Below, in pieces: positions 31,175 to 40,185 of a stretch of 64,000 nucleotides of DNA. Position 1 is the first letter of the stretch; each line of letters opens with the position of its first letter. The notes beneath the pieces were generated by a model that saw only the letters and a list, made by a program, of their open reading frames with translations, did no database searches and was not told the DNA's origin. The translations under genes and the position numbers were made by a program. Source of the DNA: Acidobacteriota bacterium. GTDB lineage: Bacteria; Acidobacteriota; CAIWXX01. The stretch covers positions 32,001 through 96,000 of the forward strand of contig JBFMAF010000052.1 in the NCBI GenBank assembly GCA_040755995.1. Direction: 5' to 3'.

Positions 31175-32619
31175 CAAAGTGTGATTCGGAGCTATTATCG
31201 AGCCTGGCCGGCCGGCTTGCGCCTGCCGACGGGGGCGATGCCAGGGCGCTTTCCGAGCGAGCCAAGGCCGATCCAGGCGCGTTCGGTTATCTGCCCGGGG
31301 CCGAACGCGTGTTCCTTGCGGAGCACGTCGGCGGTTGCGAGAGATGCCGCGGGCTCCTGGATGAGCAGCTCTCGGTCGGAGTCCTTCTGCGGAAGGCCTC
31401 CTTTCACCTGCCGGCTGATGTTGATGAAAAGGCTCTGCGGATGCTGGAGGAACGTATCGTGCAGCGGGAGGCGGAGCGATTCGCCGGGGCTGCGCGGGTC
31501 TCCCGGCCGCGGATTATTGAGATTCTCGACTTGGCAAAGGAGTTCATCATGTCGATCGATCCAACCAAGGGATTGAAGTACAAGTACGGCCTCGGCGGTA
31601 TTGCCATTGGAGCTGTCTTGGCATTCGTCGTGTACTTCGCTGCTCTTTATCCGTGGCCGGGCATGCAGGAGGCCGCCGGGACGATGGGGGGTGTTGAAAA
31701 AGCCGACCGGTATCGGTCTGAGCAGATGTCGGAGAGCACCATCGGGACCGAGGTTCCCACCAGCGCGGAGTACAGGGAGCAGATGCAGAAGATCCTGCAA
31801 CGGATCGATACTGCCAAACTCATGAAGGCGGCTGCGGTCGACCAGGTCGTGCAGGCCGTCAACGCTACAGGCTTCTTCAGGGGTCCCATGCAGAGCCTGA
31901 TACAGAACGCGGTCGCCGATGCCTGCCAGTCGACAGGAATCGTGGTCTGCAACAACGCGGCTCTCATGCAGGGGATTGAGCAGTCCGCGCTGGCCGGGAT
32001 TCAGAACGCAGTCGGCTACCAGGTGCAGGCTGCCATGCAGAATGCGTTCCTGATGTCCTGCCAGACCGCCTTGGAGAACGTCCTGAAGTCGAATGTGGCG
32101 ATGCAGGGGGCCATCTCCGACCCGAAGGCCCAGGCGTTCTTTGCTCAGTCGCTCGAGTCGGGGTTTGTGGGAGTGCTGGCGCAGCCAGCGGTGCAGAAAC
32201 TGCTCATGGATCAGGCCGCGGGCGTGGTGGGCGCTACCTTCAATGACCAGGCCCTCATGACGGGAATGAGCACGCAGGTGGAAAACGCGTGCGGGTTGTT
32301 CATGCAGCAGAACAAGGACGGGTTGGGCGTGGGTGCCACGGCCCTTTCCCCACAGCTGCAAGCCGCCGTCGCGCAAAACGTCCAGAGTGCCGTGGGGGCC
32401 GTTTGGCAGACCGGGGCCGTGGGTGCCGTCGGCGCCGTGGGCGCGGTGGGCGCCGTGGGCTCCTCGCAGGCCAGCGCTCTGGCCAACATGCAGGGCTTCC
32501 TCATGAGCAACGTGGCCGGCGCGGTCGGGGCAAGCCAGGCCTATGGGGCCATGGCGAACAGCCTCTTGGCCAGCTCTAACTCCTTCCTGCAGAGCTCGGG
32601 CATCGTCGTCCCGCGATAG
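31171..32619 (+). CDS. Zinc-binding anti-sigma domain + TM + Gln/Ala/Gly-rich extracytoplasmic domain
   Basis: ATGA coupling to sigma; HxxxCxxC (HVGGCERC); TM GIAIGAVLAFVVYFAALYP; (GAV)5 repeat. Confidence 0.8.
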   Translation: MTKCDSELLSSLAGRLAPADGGDARALSERAKADPGAFGYLPGAERVFLAEHVGGCERCRGLLDEQLSVGVLLRKASFHLPADVDEKALRMLEERIVQREAERFAGAARVSRPRIIEILDLAKEFIMSIDPTKGLKYKYGLGGIAIGAVLAFVVYFAALYPWPGMQEAAGTMGGVEKADRYRSEQMSESTIGTEVPTSAEYREQMQKILQRIDTAKLMKAAAVDQVVQAVNATGFFRGPMQSLIQNAVADACQSTGIVVCNNAALMQGIEQSALAGIQNAVGYQVQAAMQNAFLMSCQTALENVLKSNVAMQGAISDPKAQAFFAQSLESGFVGVLAQPAVQKLLMDQAAGVVGATFNDQALMTGMSTQVENACGLFMQQNKDGLGVGATALSPQLQAAVAQNVQSAVGAVWQTGAVGAVGAVGAVGAVGSSQASALANMQGFLMSNVAGAVGASQAYGAMANSLLASSNSFLQSSGIVVPR

Positions 32620-32811
32620 GGGCACGAGGGCGGAGGCAGGTGGCGTGGGCATGACAGAGGGCGCTGTGAGTGCTCAGATGTACCAGCTCAACGCGAAGAT
32701 CGATCTCGCGTTGGCCCCTGGGAGCTGGGGTCGGCTGGCTATGGAAGCCCCATTTCCCCTTGTCCCGGCCGCGGATTTGGTGAGAGTCTTCATTGAACAA
32801 AGGAGTTCATA

Positions 32812-33909
32812 ATGTCGTTAGATCCAACCAGAGGGATTAAACTCAAGTACATGATCGGCGGTTTTGCCATCGGAGCCGTCGTGGCATTCGCCGTGTACTA
32901 TGCCGCTCTCTATCCCTGGCCGAGAGCCCAGGAGGCCGCCGGGACAATGGGGGGCGTTCAAAAAGCCGACCGGTACCGATCCGAGCAGATGTCCGAGAGC
33001 ACCATCGCGACCGAGGTTCCCACCAGTGCGCAGTACAGGGAACAGATGCAGAGGATCCTGCAACGGATCGATACTGCGAAACTCATGAAGGCGGCTGCGG
33101 TTGACCAGTCCGTGCAGGCCATCAACGCTTCGGGATTCTTGAACACTCCGGGCATGCAGAGCATGATACAGAACGCGGTCGCCGCGTCGTGCCAGGCGTC
33201 CGGAGTGGTGATCTGCAACAATCCGGGCTTCATCAGTGGGATGGAGCAATCCGTGCAGGCCGGGATACAGAACGCAGTCGGCTATCAGGTGCAGGCCGCG
33301 TTGCAGAATGCATTCCTGATGACGTGCCAGTCGACCCTGGACAACGTTCTGAAGTCGAACGTGGCCATGCAGGGAGCTATCTCCGATCCGAAAGCGCAGG
33401 CTTTCTTCGCTCAGTCCCTGGAATCGGGGCTGGTCGGGGTGCTGGGGCAAGCTGCGATGCAGAAATTGCTCATGGAACAGGCTGTCGGCGTCGTGGGCGC
33501 CACCTTCAATGACAAGGCCCTCATGACGGGAATGGGCCAGCAGGTGGCGAACGCGTGCGGTGTCTTCATGCAGCAGAATAAGGACGGGTTGGGGGTGGGT
33601 GCCGCGGCACTTTCCCCGCAGCTACAGGCCGCCGTCGCACAAAATGTCCAGAGCGCCGTCGGAGTAGTGTGGCGGGGCGGAGCCGTGGGTGCCGCCGGCG
33701 CGGTGGGCGCCGTAGGGGCCGTGGGTGCAACGGGAGCCGTGGGCGCCCTTGGCGATGTGCAGGCCACCGCTCTGGCCAATATGCAGGGCATCCTCATGAG
33801 CAATGCGGTCGGAGCTCTCGCGGGAAGCCAGGCCTATGGCGCCATGGCCAACGGCGTTCTGGCCAGTGCGAACTCCTTTCTCCAGAGCTCGGGCATCGTC
33901 ATCCGATAG
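32812..33909 (+). CDS. Paralog of the preceding protein lacking the anti-sigma domain (TM + Gln/Ala/Gly-rich domain)
   Basis: Colinear with 31549-32619; AAGGAG RBS; 8 G-A-x triplets. Confidence 0.85.
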   Translation: MSLDPTRGIKLKYMIGGFAIGAVVAFAVYYAALYPWPRAQEAAGTMGGVQKADRYRSEQMSESTIATEVPTSAQYREQMQRILQRIDTAKLMKAAAVDQSVQAINASGFLNTPGMQSMIQNAVAASCQASGVVICNNPGFISGMEQSVQAGIQNAVGYQVQAALQNAFLMTCQSTLDNVLKSNVAMQGAISDPKAQAFFAQSLESGLVGVLGQAAMQKLLMEQAVGVVGATFNDKALMTGMGQQVANACGVFMQQNKDGLGVGAAALSPQLQAAVAQNVQSAVGVVWRGGAVGAAGAVGAVGAVGATGAVGALGDVQATALANMQGILMSNAVGALAGSQAYGAMANGVLASANSFLQSSGIVIR

Positions 33910-33916
33910 TGGCAGC

Positions 33917-36900
33917 ATGAGGGGTGAGGCAGGCGGCGGAGGGTTGGCGGGACGGCCGGTCGGGTCAGGGATCCGGCGATTGCGACCCCGGAGTAGCCGG
34001 TTCCGATGGGGCTCGGCCCGAGGCGGCGACATCCCGCCGGCGATGGGCGCGCCGGCTCTGCTCCTTGCGGGACTCCTCCTGCTTCCCGCTGCACCGCTAT
34101 CAGCCCAGTTCAACAGCATCGAAACGAAGAACCAGCAGCTGATCACGTACGGACCGATGCTCTCGTACCTGGCTCCGCATCTCGCTCGCTGTTTCGAGAA
34201 CTCGCTCCGGACGCACGAGGCCATATGGGACTACGTCCCCACCGAGAAGACGCAGATGATCTTTCACGATCTGGCCGACTCGTGCAACGCTGCCGCCACG
34301 TCGGTTCCTCACAACATGCTGGTCGTCAACGCGGCTCCGTTCAGCTACGTCTACGAGACGTTGCCGGGAAACGAACGGCTGAACTGCCTCATGAATCATG
34401 AGCTCACGCACGTCCTGACCATCGACAAGGCGTCGGCCACGGACCGCTTTTTTCGAAACGTGTTCTTCGGCAAGGTGTCACCGGTGCCGGAAGCGCCCCT
34501 GTCGATCCTGTACGGCGGACTGACGAGTCCGCGTCTCTATTCGCCGCGCTGGTTCATGGAAGGGATCGCTGTGTTCATGGAGACCTGGATGGCGGGCGGG
34601 ATCGGCCGCGCGCTGGGAGCCTATGACGAAATGGCCTTCCGGACCCTGGTCCATGACGACGCCGAGATGTTCGATCGCGTCGGCCTCGAGTCTTACGCGG
34701 TAAAGATGGATTTCCAGGTCGGTGCCATGTCGTATCTTTACGGCACGCGCTTCTTCAACTACCTTGCCCTGCAGTATGGTCCCGAAAGCCTGATCCGCTG
34801 GGTCTCGCGGACCGATGACAGCAAGAGCTACTTCTCGTCGCAGTTCCAGCAGATCTTCGGCAAGCCGCTCGACCAGGCCTGGAACGAGTGGCGCGCGTTC
34901 GAGCGTGAGTTCCAGCAGAAGAATCTGCAGTCGCTGCGCGCCTACCCGACGACCCAGTCCCGCGAGATAACGAGCGAGGCCGTCGGGTCGTTGTCGCGGC
35001 CCTACTATGACCCGTCCAGAGGGAAACTTTACATGGCGGTTGCTTACCCCGGACAGGTGGCACACGTCGCCTCGGTCGACGTTGCCACCGGCGCCGTTGA
35101 GCGCCTGTGCGACGTGAAGGGACCTGCCAATTATTTCGTGAGCTCAGTGGCATATGACCCGTCGACTGGGACTCTCTTCTACACAACCGACAACAAGGAC
35201 TGGCGCGATATCCGGGCCGTGGATGTCCGCACCGGCCGCTCGCGTCAGGTCATGAAGGATGCCCGCATCGGCGACATCGCGTTCAATGGCGCGGATCGGT
35301 CGCTGTGGGGTGTCCAGCGCGCCAACGGCATTTCGTCGCTTGCGCGAATCCCCGAACCCTACACGAACTGGGTCGCAATCTTCACGTGGCCCTACGGCAA
35401 GGACATCTACGATCTGGACATCTCTCCGGACGGCAAGAGAATCTCGGCCGCACTGACCGAGCCGACCGGACGGCAAAGCCTCATCCTGATGGACGTGGAC
35501 AAGTTGCTGAAAGGAGAGCAAAGTTACGAGACGCTGTACGATTTCGAGTACAGCTCGCCGGAGAATTTTGTCTTCACGCCGGACGGCAAGTACCTCGTGG
35601 GGACCTCGTTCTACAGCGGAGTATCCAATGTCTACAGGTACGATCTGGAGCTTCGCGACATACAGATCATGAGCAACTGCGAGACCGGATTCTTCCGCCC
35701 GATGCCATACAACGATCGCGAGATTCTCGTCTACGAATACACGGCCCGAGGCTTCGTGCCCGCCGTCATTCCGTTCCAACCGGTCGCCAACGTAAATGCC
35801 ATACGGTTTCTCGGGCAGGAGGTCGTCGAGAAGCACCCGATTGTCAAGAGCTGGAAGGCCGGCTCCCCGGCCTCGATCGATCTTGACACGCCGGACGTCC
35901 GGCGGGGCCGCTACCACGACCTCACGTCCATGCGCTTGACATCCATCTACCCGGTCGTCGAAGGATACAAAGACTTCCCTGTATACGGGTTGAAGGCGTC
36001 CCTGAGCAGTCCGTTCAGCACGGTGGATTTCACCGCCGGATACTCACCTAACACGAACCTTCCCGGGGCCGAACGGACCCATCTCAAACTCTCCATCCGC
36101 CGGACGTTCTGGAAGCTATCGGGAACATACAACACGTCGGATTTCTACGATCTTTTCGGCCCGACCAAGGCCAGCCGCAAGGGGTATTCGTATTCGCTTG
36201 AACACTTCCGAACTCTTGTATTCGACGAACCGAACCGCTACGTGGACTACAGCATCCGGGCCGCGGCCTACGGCGACATGGATAGGCTTCCAGACTACCA
36301 AAACATCTCGACTGACATCCGCCAGATGTTCACGCTGCGAGGCAAGTTCAACTATCAATACTTGACGAAGTCGCAGGGCGCCATCGATGACGAAAAAGGC
36401 CACCAATGGCAGATCATCGCCGACGCTTCATACGTCAAGCCGAAGGTCTACCCGCGGGTTTATGCTAATCTCGACTACGGATTTCCATTGCGCCTGCACC
36501 GGTCGTCGGTGTGGCTGCGGAGCTCCGCCGGCGTCGCGGCCGGCAACCGCGAGTCCCCATTCGCGAACTTCTACTTCGGCGGGTTCGGCAACAACTGGGT
36601 CGACCATCTCACAGAAACGCGCTATCGCGAATCATACTCGTTCCCGGGGGTGGACCTGAACGAAATCGGCGGCACGAACTACGGCAAGCTGCTTGTGGAG
36701 TGGAATGTCCCGCCGGTGATCTTCCACCGCCTGGGGTGGCCGTCGTGCTACCTCAACTACATCCGTCCGGCGGTATTCGGGACGGTGCTGGGCACGAATC
36801 TCGATGACTCCGCGGTTCGCCGGACTCTGTTCGACGCCGGAGTACAGCTGGACTTCCGGTTCATCGTGCTCTCACGCTTGAACATGACGCTCTCCGTCGG

Positions 36901-36970
36901 CGCCGCCGCGGCCGTGGAGAAAGATCATGCTCCGTCCAGCGAGTTCATGGCCTCGCTGAAGATTCTCTGA
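33917..36970 (+). CDS. Large secreted/outer-membrane protein: HExxH metallopeptidase-like domain, TolB-like propeller, probable C-terminal beta-barrel
   Basis: Signal peptide ending PLSA-QF; NHELTH and PRWFMEGIAV; ISPDGK / FTPDGK repeats; aromatic alternating strands at the C-terminus. Start could also be 34043. Confidence 0.75.
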   Translation: MRGEAGGGGLAGRPVGSGIRRLRPRSSRFRWGSARGGDIPPAMGAPALLLAGLLLLPAAPLSAQFNSIETKNQQLITYGPMLSYLAPHLARCFENSLRTHEAIWDYVPTEKTQMIFHDLADSCNAAATSVPHNMLVVNAAPFSYVYETLPGNERLNCLMNHELTHVLTIDKASATDRFFRNVFFGKVSPVPEAPLSILYGGLTSPRLYSPRWFMEGIAVFMETWMAGGIGRALGAYDEMAFRTLVHDDAEMFDRVGLESYAVKMDFQVGAMSYLYGTRFFNYLALQYGPESLIRWVSRTDDSKSYFSSQFQQIFGKPLDQAWNEWRAFEREFQQKNLQSLRAYPTTQSREITSEAVGSLSRPYYDPSRGKLYMAVAYPGQVAHVASVDVATGAVERLCDVKGPANYFVSSVAYDPSTGTLFYTTDNKDWRDIRAVDVRTGRSRQVMKDARIGDIAFNGADRSLWGVQRANGISSLARIPEPYTNWVAIFTWPYGKDIYDLDISPDGKRISAALTEPTGRQSLILMDVDKLLKGEQSYETLYDFEYSSPENFVFTPDGKYLVGTSFYSGVSNVYRYDLELRDIQIMSNCETGFFRPMPYNDREILVYEYTARGFVPAVIPFQPVANVNAIRFLGQEVVEKHPIVKSWKAGSPASIDLDTPDVRRGRYHDLTSMRLTSIYPVVEGYKDFPVYGLKASLSSPFSTVDFTAGYSPNTNLPGAERTHLKLSIRRTFWKLSGTYNTSDFYDLFGPTKASRKGYSYSLEHFRTLVFDEPNRYVDYSIRAAAYGDMDRLPDYQNISTDIRQMFTLRGKFNYQYLTKSQGAIDDEKGHQWQIIADASYVKPKVYPRVYANLDYGFPLRLHRSSVWLRSSAGVAAGNRESPFANFYFGGFGNNWVDHLTETRYRESYSFPGVDLNEIGGTNYGKLLVEWNVPPVIFHRLGWPSCYLNYIRPAVFGTVLGTNLDDSAVRRTLFDAGVQLDFRFIVLSRLNMTLSVGAAAAVEKDHAPSSEFMASLKIL

Positions 36971-37019
36971 TGGACGGTCTCGCGGCCTGTCCAGATTGTC
37001 CTCTTGCCTTCCGGCGGTG

Positions 37020-38027
37020 ATGCTCGCGCTCGAGATCGTCATCGCGCTCGCTCCGGTCTTCGTCTTTCTCGCAGCGCTCATCCTGTGCGACAGCTTCAAG
37101 CTGGCCGGGTGGCGGATGGTCTTGACGGCCATCCTGGCTGGCTTCGCCGCGGCGGCGGTGAGCTACGAAGTGACGGCATGGGTGATCGACGGACACATCG
37201 TCAAGACCGCCCATCACACAAGGTTCAGCGCCCCCGTAGTCGAAGAGCTGCTCAAGGCGCTGTTTCTCCTCTATCTCATCCGAGCGAGCCGGATCGGGTT
37301 TCTTGTCGACTCCGCCATCTACGGTTTCGCGATCGGCGCCGGATTCGCATCCGTCGAAAATCTCTATTACCTGTACGCAGTCGAGCGCGGCAGCCTGGTG
37401 ATCTGGGTGATAAGAGGATTCGGGACGGCCATCATGCACGGGGGAACTACGGCGATTTTCGGCATCCTCTCGAAGGGACTGGTGGATCGGCACGATTCAC
37501 ACAAGCTGGTTCTGTTCGTACCGGGTCTCCTCGTCGCTGCGGGCATCCACTCTGTATACAATCATTTCATACTGCCTCCGGCTCTCGGGACCGTCGTGCT
37601 CGTGATCACCCTGCCGCTGCTGCTGGTGTTCATCTTCGAGCGGAGCGAAGCGGCGCTCAGGAGCTGGCTGGAGCTCGACCTGGATGCCGACATGGCCATT
37701 CTCGACTATATCCGCAGCGGGCGTGTGCTCCAGAGCCGCATGGGCCGCTACCTCCGGTCGCTCAAGGGGCGTTTCCCGGGGGAGGTGCTGGCCGACATGC
37801 TTTGCTACGTTCGGCTGCACGTGGAGCTGGCCATCAGAGCGAAGGGGATCCTCATGATGCGCGAGGCCGGCTTCAAGCCAGACTTGGCGTCCGACATCCT
37901 GGAAAAATTCGAGGAGCTGGCGTACCTTGCCAGGACGATCGGCAAGACCGGCAGGCTCGCCGTCTCACCGCTCCTGCGCACCCGCAGCCGCGATCTCTGG
38001 CAGCTCAAGATGCTCCTCGACCTCTGA
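37020..38027 (+). CDS. prsW: PrsW-family glutamic intramembrane protease
   Basis: APVVEELLK (EExxK), GFASVEN (FxxxEN), MHG, IHSVYN (HxxxN). Confidence 0.88.
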   Translation: MLALEIVIALAPVFVFLAALILCDSFKLAGWRMVLTAILAGFAAAAVSYEVTAWVIDGHIVKTAHHTRFSAPVVEELLKALFLLYLIRASRIGFLVDSAIYGFAIGAGFASVENLYYLYAVERGSLVIWVIRGFGTAIMHGGTTAIFGILSKGLVDRHDSHKLVLFVPGLLVAAGIHSVYNHFILPPALGTVVLVITLPLLLVFIFERSEAALRSWLELDLDADMAILDYIRSGRVLQSRMGRYLRSLKGRFPGEVLADMLCYVRLHVELAIRAKGILMMREAGFKPDLASDILEKFEELAYLARTIGKTGRLAVSPLLRTRSRDLWQLKMLLDL

Positions 38028-38042
38028 TTCCTTGCCTCGATC

Positions 38043-39857
38043 ATGCTAGTGAGTCCACTGAGCAGCGACACGGACGACGAACGGCTATCCCTGATCTGGC
38101 CGGCGTTGATCGCGGCTCTGGCGCTGGGAATGAGGCTGGCATACCTCGCGGAGATCCGCACTCTGCCGCTTGTCGAGAACCTGCTGGGCGACAGCCGGAC
38201 GTACCTCGCGTGGGCTCACGAAATCACCTGCGGGCAGGGAGGCGGAATCGCCCCGTTCTATCAGGCTCCGGGCTACCCATACTTCCTCGCGATTCTCCAG
38301 GGAGTCTTCGGCGGCGGTGCCGCGACGATTCGCGTCATCCAGTGCGTATTGGGATCGATGTCGTGCGTGCTGACAGTCGTCGCGGGCCGGTATTTCTTCT
38401 CGGCGCGAGCCGGAATCATTGCCGGCGCTCTGCTCGCCGTCTACCCTCCTGCTTGGTTCTACGATGGTCTCGTGCAGAAGGCATCGCTCAGCCATTTCCT
38501 CCTGAGCAGCGTCCTCGCCCTGCTGGCCTGGGATGCCGGCCGGCCTCGGAGCTGGAAGCCGCTCATCGCCGGATTCCTGATCGGGATCGAGTGTCTCGTC
38601 GTGGAGCTCACGATGGCGCTCGTGCCCGTCGTGTTTCTGTGGATCTGGTTGCGCCGGAGCGCCGAAGACGCGGTTTCCGCTGGCGGGAGACTTCGCCGAA
38701 GAGCTATCAGGATTGGCGGACTCCTCGCCGGCATCCTGCTGGCAGTTGGACCGGTCGCCATCAGGAATCTCGTCGTGACGGGGTTGGCAAGTCCGACGAC
38801 GTACAACTTCGGAGTCACCTTCTACATCGGGAACAATCCGCTTGCGGATGGGACTTCAATACCGCTGGTTCCGGGTCGCGAGCTGGTTGATTCCGAGCGA
38901 AACGACGCGCAACGCCTCGCGGAGGCTGCGTCCGGACGCGAGCTCTCGCCGCTCGATATCTCGGCCTACTGGTTCGGTCGATCTCTGGAGTTCATTCGGG
39001 CTCACCCGCTGCGCTGGTCCAAGCTGCTGGGTTACAAGTTGCTGCTTGTCTGCAACGCCTACGAGATCCCAGATGTGGATGGGATGGCTGTGTGCGCGAG
39101 GTGGTCGCGGCTGTTCAGATATGGACATCCAGTGTACCACTTCGGCGTGCTCCTGCCGCTCGCCGCAATCGGCGCCGTACTGACCTGGCCTCAGCGGCGC
39201 AGGTTCTGGATTCTTTACGGGTACCTGCTTGAGATGGCCGCGGCGATCGTGCTCTTCTACGTGCTCGGCCGCTATAGATACACGCTGGTGCCCGCGCTAG
39301 TGTTACTCGCAGGGGCTGGAGCCTCCCGGCTGTCCGAGGGTCGCGATCTGGTGGAGGCCGTGGGGTGGAAGCGATTTCTCGCAGCAGCAGCCGCGACCAT
39401 CATCCTGGCGGCCGTTGTCAACGTGCCTCCCTCGCTTGCGACGTCCTGTGATGCCGTCGCGCTCGGGAACCTGGGCGTTGCGTACCTTGGCCAAGGCGAT
39501 CTCGCATCAGCTGCGCGGGTCACACATGAGGCCGTAGAAGGGGCGCCCGAGTGCGCATCCCTGCACTACAATCTCGGCACGATCTACTCATGGCAGCGGC
39601 GTTACGCGGAAGCGGCTCAGCAGTACCGGCTGACAATCGCCCTCCAGCCGGATTTCCCAGGAGTCCAGTACCGACTGGCTTTCGCCCTGGAGAAAGAAGG
39701 CCGGCCTCAGGAGGCTCAGGTGCATTACTGGAGAGCGCTCGAACGGGATCCGCGAGACATCTTTGCGCGAGACGCCCTGGAACGCCTCGGTTCAGAACTC
39801 GCCGGTGTAGGGGGGAGCGATTCGAGAGGAGGCCGGATTGGAGCGACCTCGCCATAA
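38043..39857 (+). CDS. GT-C (ArnT/PMT-like) membrane glycosyltransferase with C-terminal TPR repeats
   Basis: DSRTY..WA, FYQAPGYPYFLA, FYIGNNP, RYR; C-terminal HYNLG / YRLA TPR helices. Confidence 0.82.
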   Translation: MLVSPLSSDTDDERLSLIWPALIAALALGMRLAYLAEIRTLPLVENLLGDSRTYLAWAHEITCGQGGGIAPFYQAPGYPYFLAILQGVFGGGAATIRVIQCVLGSMSCVLTVVAGRYFFSARAGIIAGALLAVYPPAWFYDGLVQKASLSHFLLSSVLALLAWDAGRPRSWKPLIAGFLIGIECLVVELTMALVPVVFLWIWLRRSAEDAVSAGGRLRRRAIRIGGLLAGILLAVGPVAIRNLVVTGLASPTTYNFGVTFYIGNNPLADGTSIPLVPGRELVDSERNDAQRLAEAASGRELSPLDISAYWFGRSLEFIRAHPLRWSKLLGYKLLLVCNAYEIPDVDGMAVCARWSRLFRYGHPVYHFGVLLPLAAIGAVLTWPQRRRFWILYGYLLEMAAAIVLFYVLGRYRYTLVPALVLLAGAGASRLSEGRDLVEAVGWKRFLAAAAATIILAAVVNVPPSLATSCDAVALGNLGVAYLGQGDLASAARVTHEAVEGAPECASLHYNLGTIYSWQRRYAEAAQQYRLTIALQPDFPGVQYRLAFALEKEGRPQEAQVHYWRALERDPRDIFARDALERLGSELAGVGGSDSRGGRIGATSP

Positions 39858-39927
39858 TCCACGAGCACCCCTGCGAGCGATGGCTGCATCGGAGCTGCGG
39901 ATAGCCTCAGGCGGGACGGGTCTCCTC
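39782..39927 (+). repeat. Direct repeat B, copy 1 (GT 3' end, spacer, last codons of wzt)
   Basis: 146 bp, 4 mismatches against 50490-50635. Confidence 0.95.
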
Positions 39928-40126
39928 AGGCCAGAAGGAAACGTCCTTCGAACTCGTCAGTCTTGACGGTCGTGAGGCTGTCTTCGAGAATCCACGCCAC
40001 GATTTCCCACAGCGGATCGCATACACGCGAATCTCCGATTCGAGGTTGGACATCCGGATCGAGAAACTGGAGGGCGCGGTTTCAGAGGCTGTGGAGTTCC
40101 CGATGACGAAGGAGGCGTGCGAGTAG
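39926..40126 (+). pseudogene. 3' fragment of a DUF6265-like gene
   Basis: Own translation: SGQKETSFELVSLDGREAVFENPRHDFPQRIAY...ACE*; begins at the edge of repeat B. Confidence 0.6.
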
Positions 40127-40185
40127 CACCAGGTGACCGAATGGCAAGGCACACTTCGCAGAGACAGCCACCGTCCCGCCAGGCG

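Noticed and set aside
31549..33909. AVG-rich proteins as proteusin/RiPP precursors
   Set aside because: No NHLP/Nif11 leader and no radical SAM, YcaO, LanM or C39 transporter nearby; the proteins are long and membrane-anchored
37004..38890. Long alternative-frame ORFs (e.g. 37004..38890, 17033..18853, 46246..47940, 12623..13975, 31195..32652)
   Set aside because: Shadow ORFs expected from high-GC codon bias; they overlap well-supported genes and lack motifs
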